In this document: positions 37,145-47,382 of the stretch, one piece after another
How the letters are laid out: each line of letters starts with the position of its first letter
Numbering within the stretch: the stretch's first letter is position 1
Virus record (IMG/VR): IMGVR_UViG_3300035180_001680
DNA: 64,000 bases
From: a virus
Lineage: Duplodnaviria; Caudoviricetes
Direction: 5' to 3' (one strand)
Program-made: the position numbers and the translations under genes
The notes under the pieces: model-generated
Told to the model about the DNA's origin: nothing
Database searches by the model: none
What the model saw: only the letters and a program-made list of their open reading frames with translations

Positions 37145-37951
37145 TTGTAGAGTTAAACATTTACACCCACCACCACTTTTAATGAACTCACTCATTGGTG
37201 TTGTGATGACTTCAAATCCTCGTGTGATTAACTTCATCCTTAACTCATCACTTACATAATTAGTAATTACTTGTTTGTCAACGTTAACTGCATTACAAGC
37301 GAAGTTTAAAGCATCTTCTTCACTAACTTCAATGATATTGTCTTTACCGAATATTGTTTCTATGTGTTTGAAACTGTTATCTCCCAACGCAGGACGATAT
37401 AACATAACACTTCCATCATTCAAAGGACAGAAACACGTATCAAGATGGTAAAATCTGTCGTCTACCAACTCAATGGGCACGACTTGTTTATTATACCACC
37501 ACGTTAAAACATTTTGAAGGTGGACGGCAGCACCTCTTGATGTTCTAAACCCATACCCACACCAATATATTTTATTCCCTAACAGACAATCCCCAGCACC
37601 CTCGAACACAATTTGATTATTAATTGGAACAACTTCAAAGTTGTTACATTTAAACCACTTACGGAAATGAGGTGTTTCCCCTTTTCGTTCTTTATTTTTA
37701 AATTGAGACACAACTACACTGTTTCCTACAACCAAACCAGCATTAGCAGTAAACACCATATCTGGTAATCCTTGTTGACCAGATATAACTTGAACTGTCG
37801 CATGTTGTTCAAGTATTCGTTTAAAGTCTGTCCATTGTTTGTGTGCTAAATCAGTATCTACGCAATCAACATTCCCATTCATCCAACAATTAATCTCATA
37901 ATCAACTGAATAGTGAGTTGGTTCACACATTAAGATGTTTGCCTTATTCAC
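37133..37951 (-). CDS. amidinotransferase-superfamily hydrolase (DDAH/arginine deiminase-like)
   Basis: PDMVFTANAG, FEGAGD, FYHLDTCF, KSGGGCKCLTL. Confidence 0.85.
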   Translation of the reverse strand: MNKANILMCEPTHYSVDYEINCWMNGNVDCVDTDLAHKQWTDFKRILEQHATVQVISGQQGLPDMVFTANAGLVVGNSVVVSQFKNKERKGETPHFRKWFKCNNFEVVPINNQIVFEGAGDCLLGNKIYWCGYGFRTSRGAAVHLQNVLTWWYNKQVVPIELVDDRFYHLDTCFCPLNDGSVMLYRPALGDNSFKHIETIFGKDNIIEVSEEDALNFACNAVNVDKQVITNYVSDELRMKLITRGFEVITTPMSEFIKSGGGCKCLTLQLSN

Positions 37952-38038
37952 AACAGAACCCCTTTAAATTTACTATATTTATCAAACATAGAAAAGGGGG
38001 AAGATTATCTTCCCCCTTTTTCGTGTTAAAACAAAGAG

Positions 38039-38698
38039 TTAGAAGTTGTACTTGGCACCAACTGTCCACCTCTTACCAGGCGTAAGAGTTAGGTTGTTAC
38101 TGTCAACCCAAGCAAGCTCTCCAACGATATTCTTGGTGAACTGCTTATTAAGTCCAAGTTTGTAGTCATTTGCTTTGTTGGAAGTACCATCAAGGTCAAG
38201 ATGTCCAACGTGACCAACACCAATCAACCCATAAGGAAGTTGATATGTTCCATTAACTTCTGTATAAAAAGAATGTTTTCCAGAACCAAAATAGTCAGAA
38301 GAATAAGACGTTTTCAACTGTGTTGTGACATTATCAAACTTCAAATTTCCAGCAACACTATACTCTGTGGTTTGGAGAGATGAAACACCAGGAAAGTTGT
38401 AACTAATAGCACCCACATCAACTGAAACATCTTTGGTTACAGGAATGTTATAGTTAATCATGGCGTCCAGTTCAACGTCGTCGCCTGAATTCTTTACAGA
38501 AGTTGCGGTTGCGCCAACTGTCAAATTATTAAGAGTGTATTTAACGTTACCCTGAATACTCGGGTCGTTGTTTGAAAGTGAAGCACCACGGAAAACATAG
38601 TCAGATGCAACACCAACACTACCTGATAAACCACCCGCAAAAGCGGACGACGCAACAACAGAACCCAAAAGTAAAGCAATAAGCATTGAATTTTTCAT
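38039..38698 (-). CDS. TorF-like outer-membrane beta-barrel protein
   Basis: signal peptide; SDYVFRGASLSNNDPSIQG; C-terminal GAKYNF. Confidence 0.75.
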   Translation of the reverse strand: MKNSMLIALLLGSVVASSAFAGGLSGSVGVASDYVFRGASLSNNDPSIQGNVKYTLNNLTVGATATSVKNSGDDVELDAMINYNIPVTKDVSVDVGAISYNFPGVSSLQTTEYSVAGNLKFDNVTTQLKTSYSSDYFGSGKHSFYTEVNGTYQLPYGLIGVGHVGHLDLDGTSNKANDYKLGLNKQFTKNIVGELAWVDSNNLTLTPGKRWTVGAKYNF

Positions 38699-38860
38699 AT
38701 TTTTAAATCTCCTTAGGTTATGTGATTTCTTTATCACCATTCTATATTACTATAGAAGAACACTATTTAGCAACGAAACACAACAGGGTTATTTAAATTA
38801 TTTTTCAAAGTATGGCTTTTCAGCAAATATCTAAATAAGTTAAACGATGGAGTATTAATT

Positions 38861-39082
38861 ATGAATATAACAGGTCAGGTAAAAGATGTACTAAATCTTT
38901 TGATTGATAAAACATTGTATCTTTCATTAATAGATGGGACATCACTGGTGGGAACAATTGAATTATATGATGAAGTTTTTGTGGCTATTAAAACAGAGGA
39001 ACGTCAAAGGTTTACGACAAACCCAATAGAACAAACGATTATCGTTCCTATTAATTCTATCGTGAAGATTAAGTTAGTTTAA
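38861..39082 (+). CDS. Sm/Hfq-like small protein
   Basis: LIDGTSLVGTIELYDEVFVAI...IVPINSIVKI. Confidence 0.5.
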   Translation: MNITGQVKDVLNLLIDKTLYLSLIDGTSLVGTIELYDEVFVAIKTEERQRFTTNPIEQTIIVPINSIVKIKLV

Positions 39083-39303
39083 TCTATATCGCGTTGCCAA
39101 ATCATTCTTGCCCCATACACTTTACCTGTTTTCGTATTTTTGACAAGTAGTTTTTCTCTTTTGGGTTTAGTATCTTTCCCATAGTCATGTTTATCGTAAA
39201 CAGAAGGGAATGTCATCTCTTTAGCTTTGTGGTCAATTGAATTTTGAGCATCAAAATCGTTATCTTTTTCAAACAAGTCTGCTAATTTCATTATCATTTC
39301 CAT
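39079..39303 (-). CDS. hypothetical protein (MKLADLFE)
   Basis: 74 aa. Confidence 0.5.
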   Translation of the reverse strand: MEMIMKLADLFEKDNDFDAQNSIDHKAKEMTFPSVYDKHDYGKDTKPKREKLLVKNTKTGKVYGARMIWQRDID

Positions 39304-39563
39304 TTGGATTTAATATTTATGAAAAATGATTTCCACCATGAAGTTAGTTTCTGTGTTAAAGTGGATTCAACTTTGGTGTCAGGTGTTGGTGTTTTTGGTT
39401 CGAATAACTGCCCCTTCAGTCCACATTCTCCAAAACTCAACCGCATTACTGAACATGACGTATCAGGCTTACCATTAACCAACGACAGACGTAGGTCACA
39501 ATATGATATAACCCAAATTTTAAATTCATGTTTACAATTAATACACAATGGAGCATCATTCAT
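39294..39563 (-). CDS. hypothetical Cys-rich protein
   Basis: LCINCKH...CG. Confidence 0.55.
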   Translation of the reverse strand: MNDAPLCINCKHEFKIWVISYCDLRLSLVNGKPDTSCSVMRLSFGECGLKGQLFEPKTPTPDTKVESTLTQKLTSWWKSFFINIKSKWK

Positions 39564-39925
39564 TTTTCATTTACATTTGATTCAGCAAGCGCCAACAACA
39601 TAGTCCACATTTCATCAACAGTAAATTCTTCACACCTCAACATTATCTCTCTCATCTTTGGTGTCATCTGTCTTGAAACTCTTGAAGTTTTACCATCTAC
39701 TGGATAGAGTTCGTATTCAACCATTTCAACGTCTATACATCCATAATGGTACTTTTTTATATCTTTTACTCTGTTCTCTGCTACACCTTTTTTTGTATAC
39801 ATAAACGCTGAATCTTCCTTTTCAGACGTTCCACCATTGAGAGTAACCCATTTAGTTGTCTGTGTGTTAGCATTAGTGTATTTTACTACCCATCGTTTCA
39901 TAATATATCGCCCCTCAAAAAACAC
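39560..39925 (-). CDS. hypothetical protein
   Basis: 121 aa. Confidence 0.55.
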   Translation of the reverse strand: MFFEGRYIMKRWVVKYTNANTQTTKWVTLNGGTSEKEDSAFMYTKKGVAENRVKDIKKYHYGCIDVEMVEYELYPVDGKTSRVSRQMTPKMREIMLRCEEFTVDEMWTMLLALAESNVNEK

Positions 39926-40026
39926 ATTTTATACTATTTTAATAAAAATACAACATTGCCTGTTGATAAATTTTGGTGAAGCATGTGTAATATCTTTTAG
40001 TTTAAATTTATTTTAGGGAATTATAT

Positions 40027-40773
40027 ATGAAAATTAAACAATTGTCAGACCTCCACCTTGAAGGATATGACATGAAGTATTCTTACGACGGAGAAGATGT
40101 ACTCATTCTGTCTGGTGATATACATACTAGGAACCGACTTGATAAGTTTTTAATTCAAATTCCTTCTAGTGTTAAAATTTTGTATGTAATAGGGAACCAT
40201 GAATTTTACCATTCATTGGTAGATGATGTTATTTCTTATCACACAGAATTAGAAACCAAATTTCCGAACTTTCATTTTCTCAATAACTCTTCAACGAAGA
40301 TTGATGATATTAACTTCTTTGGCGGAACAATGTTTACTCAATTCACATTGTATGGAACCACAAACGTATTGGCCCAACATCATGCGGAACGGGGAATCAA
40401 TGATTTTATTTTAATTCGGGTATCGGATGACCCTCGTATTCTTTGGAAAACACAAAACCATATCGAACAACATGAAATCTTTCGTCGGGAATTGGCTCGT
40501 TGGATTAAAGAAACTGAAGGGCAGAAACGAGTTGTAATTTCTCATTTTGCTCCTCACCCCATAACCGTGGACCCGAAATATGGTTCGAGTGTTTTAAATT
40601 CGTATTTCACTGAAAACATGGAGGAGTTTATGGGTTGGGAAGGTATATGGTTCTATGGACACACTCACAGCAATTTTGATGGAATGATTGGGAAAACGCG
40701 AATTATTTCAAACCAAAAGGGATATGGAAATGAAAGTGTATTGTTTAATCCAAACTTCATAGTGGAGGTTTGA
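40027..40773 (+). CDS. calcineurin-like metallophosphoesterase
   Basis: SDLHLE, SGDI, GNHEFY, SHFAP, GHTH. Confidence 0.9.
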   Translation: MKIKQLSDLHLEGYDMKYSYDGEDVLILSGDIHTRNRLDKFLIQIPSSVKILYVIGNHEFYHSLVDDVISYHTELETKFPNFHFLNNSSTKIDDINFFGGTMFTQFTLYGTTNVLAQHHAERGINDFILIRVSDDPRILWKTQNHIEQHEIFRRELARWIKETEGQKRVVISHFAPHPITVDPKYGSSVLNSYFTENMEEFMGWEGIWFYGHTHSNFDGMIGKTRIISNQKGYGNESVLFNPNFIVEV

Positions 40774-40774
40774 T

Positions 40775-41107
40775 ATGATTGTGTACACGAAGTCTTCATT
40801 TAAACGGAAAAAGAAATCATCAGCGAAACAAAAGGCCGATAAGGCGATGACGGATTACATTAACCAGAAATGGAAATATAATCCAGATTCTCCTCCTCCA
40901 AAATCAACATATAAATTAGGAATCCCTGAAGACAGACTACCACCTCCAATTAATAGTCACAAACCAACGATTGGAGATACAGCAAAAATTCCATCACCCG
41001 TCTATACAGGTGATAAGATTGTAGGGATTAGTACAATGCACAAGAGTAACGCTATTCCAGTTTTCTCTCAAGAAGAAGCAGAAGACATTGCAAAAATGAG
41101 GAGATAG
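40775..41107 (+). CDS. hypothetical phage protein
   Basis: YTGDKIVGISTMHKSNAIPVF. Confidence 0.7.
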   Translation: MIVYTKSSFKRKKKSSAKQKADKAMTDYINQKWKYNPDSPPPKSTYKLGIPEDRLPPPINSHKPTIGDTAKIPSPVYTGDKIVGISTMHKSNAIPVFSQEEAEDIAKMRR

Positions 41108-41419
41108 TTATTCTTCATTTCAGACCATTTATTAGAACACCCACACCTCAAAATAAAAAGAGGTGATTGTTCTGTATATACGATAATCTACACAAAACGT
41201 TCCCCAGTTAAATTTCTGTTAATACTTTATCGTCTTTTGTATATAATTACCTATATTTTACACAATAAGTAAACATCACAATAAGTTGCACTCTTCACGT
41301 TAAAGTTCTAAACAATATAAACAAAACCAAAAATTGAGTTTTGTGGAGAATATCCCATACCCAACATCAAACGACACGAGAAACTGACCGTTTAATACGA
41401 AACCATCAATATTATTTTA

Positions 41420-41974
41420 TCATGATGTTGCATTTGCGACGTTCAATGTAAAATTGTCACCTGAATATGTTGCTGCCCCTGGATTAACTGTTCGTTTGAT
41501 CCAAAACATTCTATAATACGCAGGTTGAAGTGTTCCAAGCAACAGTGAATTTGTTATGGTTCCGGTATAATTTGCAAATGTTACACCAGATGGTGTAACG
41601 AAACGACTTGCAATTCTCGGTTCTATAATAGTAGTATTGTTTCCAGTAGACCACGTAACTATTCCACTGGTTCCAATTCCCAGTTGAATAGATGTGTCGG
41701 GTGATGTTGAATCAGCAGATAACCATACTCTTGTATTATCGGAAATTGACGCTGCGTTGGTGTTTATCACCCCTACGCAAAAATAGTCTATTTGTCCATT
41801 AGCAGCTTGAGTAAGTGTAACTTCTGGGAACACAGCGTTAAGAGTAGAGCTTAACAGAGATCTATAAGTTCCTGAAGACGCTCCATAGAAACAATTCCCA
41901 CCTAACATATCACCAAGAGTTGAACTATTACTTCCAGTCGTTATAATTTTTAGATCGGTTCCAATTAATGCCAT
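41420..41974 (-). CDS. probable virion structural protein
   Basis: T/S/G-rich; FWIKRTVNPGA. Confidence 0.55.
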   Translation of the reverse strand: MALIGTDLKIITTGSNSSTLGDMLGGNCFYGASSGTYRSLLSSTLNAVFPEVTLTQAANGQIDYFCVGVINTNAASISDNTRVWLSADSTSPDTSIQLGIGTSGIVTWSTGNNTTIIEPRIASRFVTPSGVTFANYTGTITNSLLLGTLQPAYYRMFWIKRTVNPGAATYSGDNFTLNVANATS

Positions 41975-41991
41975 AAGTGTTTTCCTTTATA

Positions 41992-42219
41992 TTAATCTAC
42001 GTTCCATATTAAATTAACAGAGTTCGTTTGTTGAGTTGCTGAAACATCCCAGCTTAAATTAACAGAGTTCGTTTGTTGAGTTGCTGAAACATCCCATATT
42101 AAATTAACAGTGTTCTTTTGTTGAGTTGCTGAAACATCCCATTTTAAATTAACAGAGTTTGTTACAATAGCATGAATTGAAACACCTTTAAAAAAGGAAA
42201 CATATCCACCTGGAATCAT
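41992..42219 (-). CDS. small repeat protein (VNLxWDVSATQQ x3)
   Basis: 42-bp tandem repeats at ~42003-42165. Confidence 0.55.
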   Translation of the reverse strand: MIPGGYVSFFKGVSIHAIVTNSVNLKWDVSATQQKNTVNLIWDVSATQQTNSVNLSWDVSATQQTNSVNLIWNVD

Positions 42220-42509
42220 TAGTTGGTTACTCCATTAATATATTGTATTTATTAATGAGGTGATTACAACATGTTTACATATCTAAACCTACATATATGT
42301 CTTCAACTGAAGCATCGTCCCAATCATACTCCGAAAGACCCAAAATACTCAAATCAAAATCATCTGGGAACGTTAGTGTTGTAATCTGAACCCCATCACC
42401 CGAACCCCAATATTTATTCGTAGTCACCAGACACTCCATCCAAGTTTTTAACTTTCAATCGGAGTGTCTTTAAATCAATGTAACGAACTAGAACCATCTA
42501 TAAACTTCT

Positions 42510-42977
42510 TTAGTCATCTTTGTTCTCCTTTGATTTCCAATCATCACTGATTCCATTGTCAACAATAAAGTCAACAAAATCGTGCAACATCTTTCTTGTA
42601 GTTTCACGACCCATACATTCCGTGTCAAACGTTAGTGGTTCGTTGACCCCAATTTTTTCAAAAGACATTTGACCGAACCCTATTCCTAAACAGTTCCAAT
42701 CAAAATGCGCTGTTAAATAGTGGATGTCTTGTGTATCAAATTCAAATTTCATAGGAATTGCTATACTCTTAACGTTAGGATATAGTTTAAGGACATCCTT
42801 AAATTCCATTCCAACAACTGTCCAATCAGCTGACGTCCACTCACATTCGTGTATAAGTTGATTTTCCACAAGGAGCAAATCATCTTTAGTTACAAGATAT
42901 GTTGCAGTTTCTTTCCGTGGGTTGAAGAACATTGATTCTCCAACATATCCATCTGGGGGTCGAATGCTTTCACTCAT
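42510..42977 (-). CDS. hypothetical protein
   Basis: 155 aa; IGFGQMSF...DTECMG. Confidence 0.6.
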   Translation of the reverse strand: MSESIRPPDGYVGESMFFNPRKETATYLVTKDDLLLVENQLIHECEWTSADWTVVGMEFKDVLKLYPNVKSIAIPMKFEFDTQDIHYLTAHFDWNCLGIGFGQMSFEKIGVNEPLTFDTECMGRETTRKMLHDFVDFIVDNGISDDWKSKENKDD

Positions 42978-43376
42978 TTAACTTCCTTTCCAATTTCTGC
43001 CGCAGCTCTAACAATTGCTCATCTGGTAGATGCAATGTTGTTATCACCAATCGTTTCTGAACATCCTGTCCATCTTTTAATATCCCACCACTCTCCTGAT
43101 ACGAGAACAACTTTACCCCAATAAGCCTGAGCATCTTGGTGTCCACAACCCTCCATATAAAATAAATTGTTTGTCTATGTAAGACCAGTAACCTATCTTA
43201 ATTCATCAATCACCTGGACAATCCATTTCACTCGAAAGTAAAATATTTGTACCGTTCAGAGGATCTGTACTAATCGGCTGCTATTCTTGTTCAACTCAAC
43301 TGCTGCTAATAAACGATCTGCAAATTCTATAAACACCAAATCCATCACAATAAAAGTAGCGATTTGTCTTTGTTGA

Positions 43377-43658
43377 TCATTCATTTGTATTTTCTCTAAA
43401 TTTATCAAGCCAACGTTCATACGTTTCTCTAGAACCCCAACATTCGGCAGGAAGTTCATTGTATACATACACAACAAGAGCTGGAAGATTATTTTGATTA
43501 TAGGAGTCGGCTCTACTGACTGCACTAACTAAATCATTAGACACGACTGCTTCTAAAAAGCCTCCCAACGGGACTCCATTAAACGCATATCGACGTAGTT
43601 CATCAATTGTGTTTTGGGGAACGTAATACCCAAGATGTCGATAACCAGTTTCAGTCAT
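43377..43658 (-). CDS. hypothetical phage protein
   Basis: GGFLEAVVSNDL...RAD...CWGS. Confidence 0.65.
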   Translation of the reverse strand: MTETGYRHLGYYVPQNTIDELRRYAFNGVPLGGFLEAVVSNDLVSAVSRADSYNQNNLPALVVYVYNELPAECWGSRETYERWLDKFRENTNE

Positions 43659-44445
43659 TTCGTGAACCCAACTCTTTGTTTAAATTAATATTCATTTCAC
43701 ATTTTCTCCTGTTATTAAATAAAGAAGGTTAATCAATGTATTATATCTCTGCTTTCCTGTGTGATGTTACAAAATACCTTATTGGTGGTGATACAGGAAC
43801 TAACACGGGCCACTACTAGTATCCCAAATCTTATCCCACTTTCGAATCAAGTCCATTCGCTATTGTTGCCTGATTAAAATACGAATTAGGCTTAATTGCT
43901 TCTTTGTTGATATCCATCTATTGTACCACGCTCATACCATTCATTGTAGACTTGTTGTTCTTTAGATGAATACTCTAATGTGATATAAGTTAAAATTTTT
44001 TCAAGCAGTTCACCAATTAAAAATTATTTAAAGGGTTATCTACTTTTTACAAAAGTTCATGATGTCACAAATGAATGAAGTATTTGTTTTATACTTTTTG
44101 TTATGATATCAATATATTATTAACGTTATTGTATATTAGTGTGGGGAATATGTCAACACACAGATAATCTGTTGTTTTAACAGAAGAAATAACCCGCGGC
44201 AATACAGGGGTTTGATGGATTGAAAACCCGCATGAATACACGGTTGGTACAATGTAACTAGGTTTTTGTGACTTTAATGGTAGTTGGGACAATTTTATAT
44301 CCTCGAATAAACAAAGAGTTAAAAGGAAATTGGAGAAAATACTTATTTGTTTACTAGTAAACTTATCTTAACAAAGAAGAAAACAATAATTTGACATATT
44401 TTTTGAAATGATTTATTGTTTACTAGTAAACAATAAGAGAACAAA

Positions 44446-44790
44446 ATGGATTATTCTTTGAAAAGTTTGATTGGTATACCAATAATGATGAACTATGATA
44501 CAAACAACGATAATAGTATTCAATGTGTTGGTATTATCCACGATATTACAGATGGTTTGATAGTGTTCCAACCTATTGAAGTTGTTAATGTTGTAATATC
44601 CAATGATCCTCACACTTCTGTTGTTACTGTATGTGATTCATATTCAACAGTATCTGCTTATAGTGTATATCGTATCATCTCTATACATAAAGTTACATAT
44701 GATTATCTTGTTAACCCTGGTGAAACGGTTATTCTTACTGATGTTTATCGCTATAGTACATCTCATACTAATAATCATCCTGTTAAATAG
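44446..44790 (+). CDS. hypothetical protein
   Basis: 114 aa in a low-complexity AT-rich region. Confidence 0.35.
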   Translation: MDYSLKSLIGIPIMMNYDTNNDNSIQCVGIIHDITDGLIVFQPIEVVNVVISNDPHTSVVTVCDSYSTVSAYSVYRIISIHKVTYDYLVNPGETVILTDVYRYSTSHTNNHPVK

Positions 44791-44996
44791 TATTTGATTT
44801 TGGTTTTGATTTTGGTTTTGGTTTGAAAAGGAGAGGGGGTATTAGGGTAAAGTCAACAAACGACTCGGTTACCCTTTTTATAGTTTGTAATAGGGTCGTC
44901 CAGTTCCAAACTATAACCTATCATTATCCCACATTTTTCCAAGGAAATCAACGTTTGGTTCGGATCAACGTTGTTCCAAAACGGTTTTGGACGATC

Positions 44997-45230
44997 GTCA
45001 AACCCCACTGTTCATGCGGGGTTTGAGTGTGTCTGAACCCACGATTCATGCGGGGTTTGAAGCGCATCAAACCCCACTGTTCATGCGGTGTTTGAAGCGC
45101 GTCAAACCCCACTATTCATGCGGTGTTTGAAGCGCGTCAAACCCCACTATTCATGCGGTGTTTTGGTGTGTCTGAACCCACTATTGATGCGCGATTTGAA
45201 GCGCGTCAAACCCCACTATTCATGCGAAGG
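44997..45230. repeat. tandem array of 7 x 34-35 bp quasi-palindromic units
   Basis: consensus GTCAAACCCCACTATTCATGCGGTGTTTGAAGCGC. Confidence 0.9.
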
Positions 45231-45706
45231 TTGACACAAAGAACCACCCCGTCAATAGTGGGTTGACGAGTGCCCATTATACTGTGGAACACCTTGTTGT
45301 GAGCATTGAATGTTTTGATGTGCTGATAGAAAGAATTTTGTTGACTGCTGAATTGCTCTAAAATAAGAGTTGTATACCTCCCTACTGACCCCTGATGTCA
45401 TGTAAGTATTATCTCATATCGTTACCCTAAAGTCAACAAAAAGTTCACCAAAGGTATACCTTTGGTTTCCCGTTGTAACTCTTTGATTATAAACAATATT
45501 TATTTTTAGTAAGAATTGAAGGAAAAATAATTTGGTGTTTTTCCATGAAAAAATGAAATCATAACTCTTTGATTATAAAGAGATTGTTGAAAAAATTGGA
45601 ACGTAGTTAGTTGATTATACAGGAGATTTTTTTACGAACTTTTTGTAATAGGGTAAAAGATATGTTGTTAAGTTGTGACCCTATTAGGATTTTGAATTTT
45701 TCAATT

Positions 45707-45751
45707 CCGCATGAATAGTGGAGTTTGTTTAGTTTGAGACCGGTGTAGAGT
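45707..45751 (+). repeat. 45-bp direct repeat, copy 1 (copy 2 at 46071-46115)
   Basis: CCGCATGAATAGTGGARTTTGTTTAGTTTGAGACCGGYGTAGAGT. Confidence 0.85.
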
Positions 45752-46070
45752 CGATTTTTACAAAAAGAAAGAGCCTGGGAAGGCGGACACCTGCCCCAAG
45801 CTCTATTCTCTGTCATACGGCTTCTCATGGACGTCCGCCCACTTACACCTCTATTTTCATAGCGCCGTCCAAAATTCTGGAACCGTCTCCCGGCCTCTCA
45901 ACACCACAAGCAACGCGGCCGAAATGTGTGCTTACTATTACACCACTTGGCATATTAACAAAGTGAGGACTCGAACTCCTTACCTATCAATGAATGCCCA
46001 TCACTCAACTCACTAAAGACTATTATACCCAATTACTGAAGAAAGTCGACTGATTTTCGTTTTTAATGAT

Positions 46071-46115
46071 CCGCATGAATAGTGGAATTTGTTTAGTTTG
46101 AGACCGGCGTAGAGT
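46071..46115 (+). repeat. 45-bp direct repeat, copy 2
   Basis: 43/45 identical to 45707-45751. Confidence 0.85.
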
Positions 46116-46119
46116 AAAA

Positions 46120-46416
46120 TTACATACTCCAAAATCGTTCCGTGGATGGGTCAACACATGAATCAACATCTGATGCTCTAATTTGAACAGGTGCCCCGGT
46201 CATTAAACTTTTAACTTCGACCATTGGTTCAATAGATCGGAAATGGTCATATGTAGTTACGGCCCAATGTTCTGGAATGAACCATTGATTCTCTTCTTGC
46301 TGTTTGATGAGCTTCGTTAGAGCCCCCTTTGCGCTACGTTCTGTTGAATACGTCTTTGCGGAATAATTGGGCCGATAAAGAGAAAAATTTGTTGTGTTGT
46401 AGATTATAAAAGACAT
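46120..46416 (-). CDS. hypothetical protein
   Basis: DPSTERFWSM C-terminus. Confidence 0.65.
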   Translation of the reverse strand: MSFIIYNTTNFSLYRPNYSAKTYSTERSAKGALTKLIKQQEENQWFIPEHWAVTTYDHFRSIEPMVEVKSLMTGAPVQIRASDVDSCVDPSTERFWSM

Positions 46417-46823
46417 TAGAGTTCCTCCGATGGGCTATCTTGGATTGTGAATTTGATCATACTGAATGTGTATAGCGGAACGTTCTCGTTGTTCATACAT
46501 GTAACAACAGGGAGTCCATTAACAGGACGTTGGTAGATGATAGTTGATTCTTCACTCGATTGTTGGAGAATTTCCTGTTGGAGAATTTCCATCGTACGAA
46601 TCATGAAGTTCAAACATTTGGTCTTATTGAAGAATATATTGTCACTGGCTTCTGATGAGAGAAGCGTTGAGGAAATATTGAAACCATACATATTGTGTTT
46701 TGTTTTCATGATCTTACAATTTCTTGTGAACAACCAAATTCGAATAAATCAAAATTCATAATATGAAATGACATCTGTGTTCTCCTTAACTTGATGTGAA
46801 CATTATCTCACAAATGTGACAGA

Positions 46824-46889
46824 AGATCAACCGTTGACCTGGTAGGTTGGCCTAATAAGATCAACTGTTGACCTGGTAGGTTGGCCTAA
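46824..46889. repeat. 2 x 34-bp tandem repeat
   Basis: AGATCAACYGTTGACCTGGTAGGTTGGCCTAA twice. Confidence 0.8.
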
Positions 46890-47097
46890 AACGTTAGTTC
46901 TATACCTCCCCACTGACCCCTGATGTCATGTAAGTATTATACCTTTTTGTTACCCTAAAGACAACAGATAAAAAGAGGGCCCCATTGCAGGGCCCTATAA
47001 AGGTTTGTGCTGCGGTACGAGCAACCCGATCGCTTCTACTGTGATGTTTCTAGTAGTCCTGACCTGTTATGTCGTCTGAACACAAACGGTAAAGAGA

Positions 47098-47382
47098 CTA
47101 TACATCCCTTACGTATTCTTCGGCAACGGATCCAATCGTTATTTTTGCAGTTTCAAGAAAATTCTTTGAATATACATCACGCAGTAAATCCTCTGCTTCG
47201 AGACACAGCTGGCTCGAATTTGATAACACCTTCCGATATATCATTTTTGTAGTATCGTCTGAAGAACTGATCATCTGCTTCGCAAAGGACTGCTCTTCAT
47301 TCAGGATAAACCACGCAAGCAATTCTGCCATTTCATCATATGATATCTCTTCAGCAAGCTCGATAAGGTTAATTGAATTCAT
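47098..47382 (-). CDS. hypothetical protein
   Basis: 94 aa. Confidence 0.55.
   Translation of the reverse strand: MNSINLIELAEEISYDEMAELLAWFILNEEQSFAKQMISSSDDTTKMIYRKVLSNSSQLCLEAEDLLRDVYSKNFLETAKITIGSVAEEYVRDV

Noticed and set aside
44997-45230. CRISPR array
   Set aside because: Units are contiguous tandem repeats with no unique spacers, and no cas genes are nearby.
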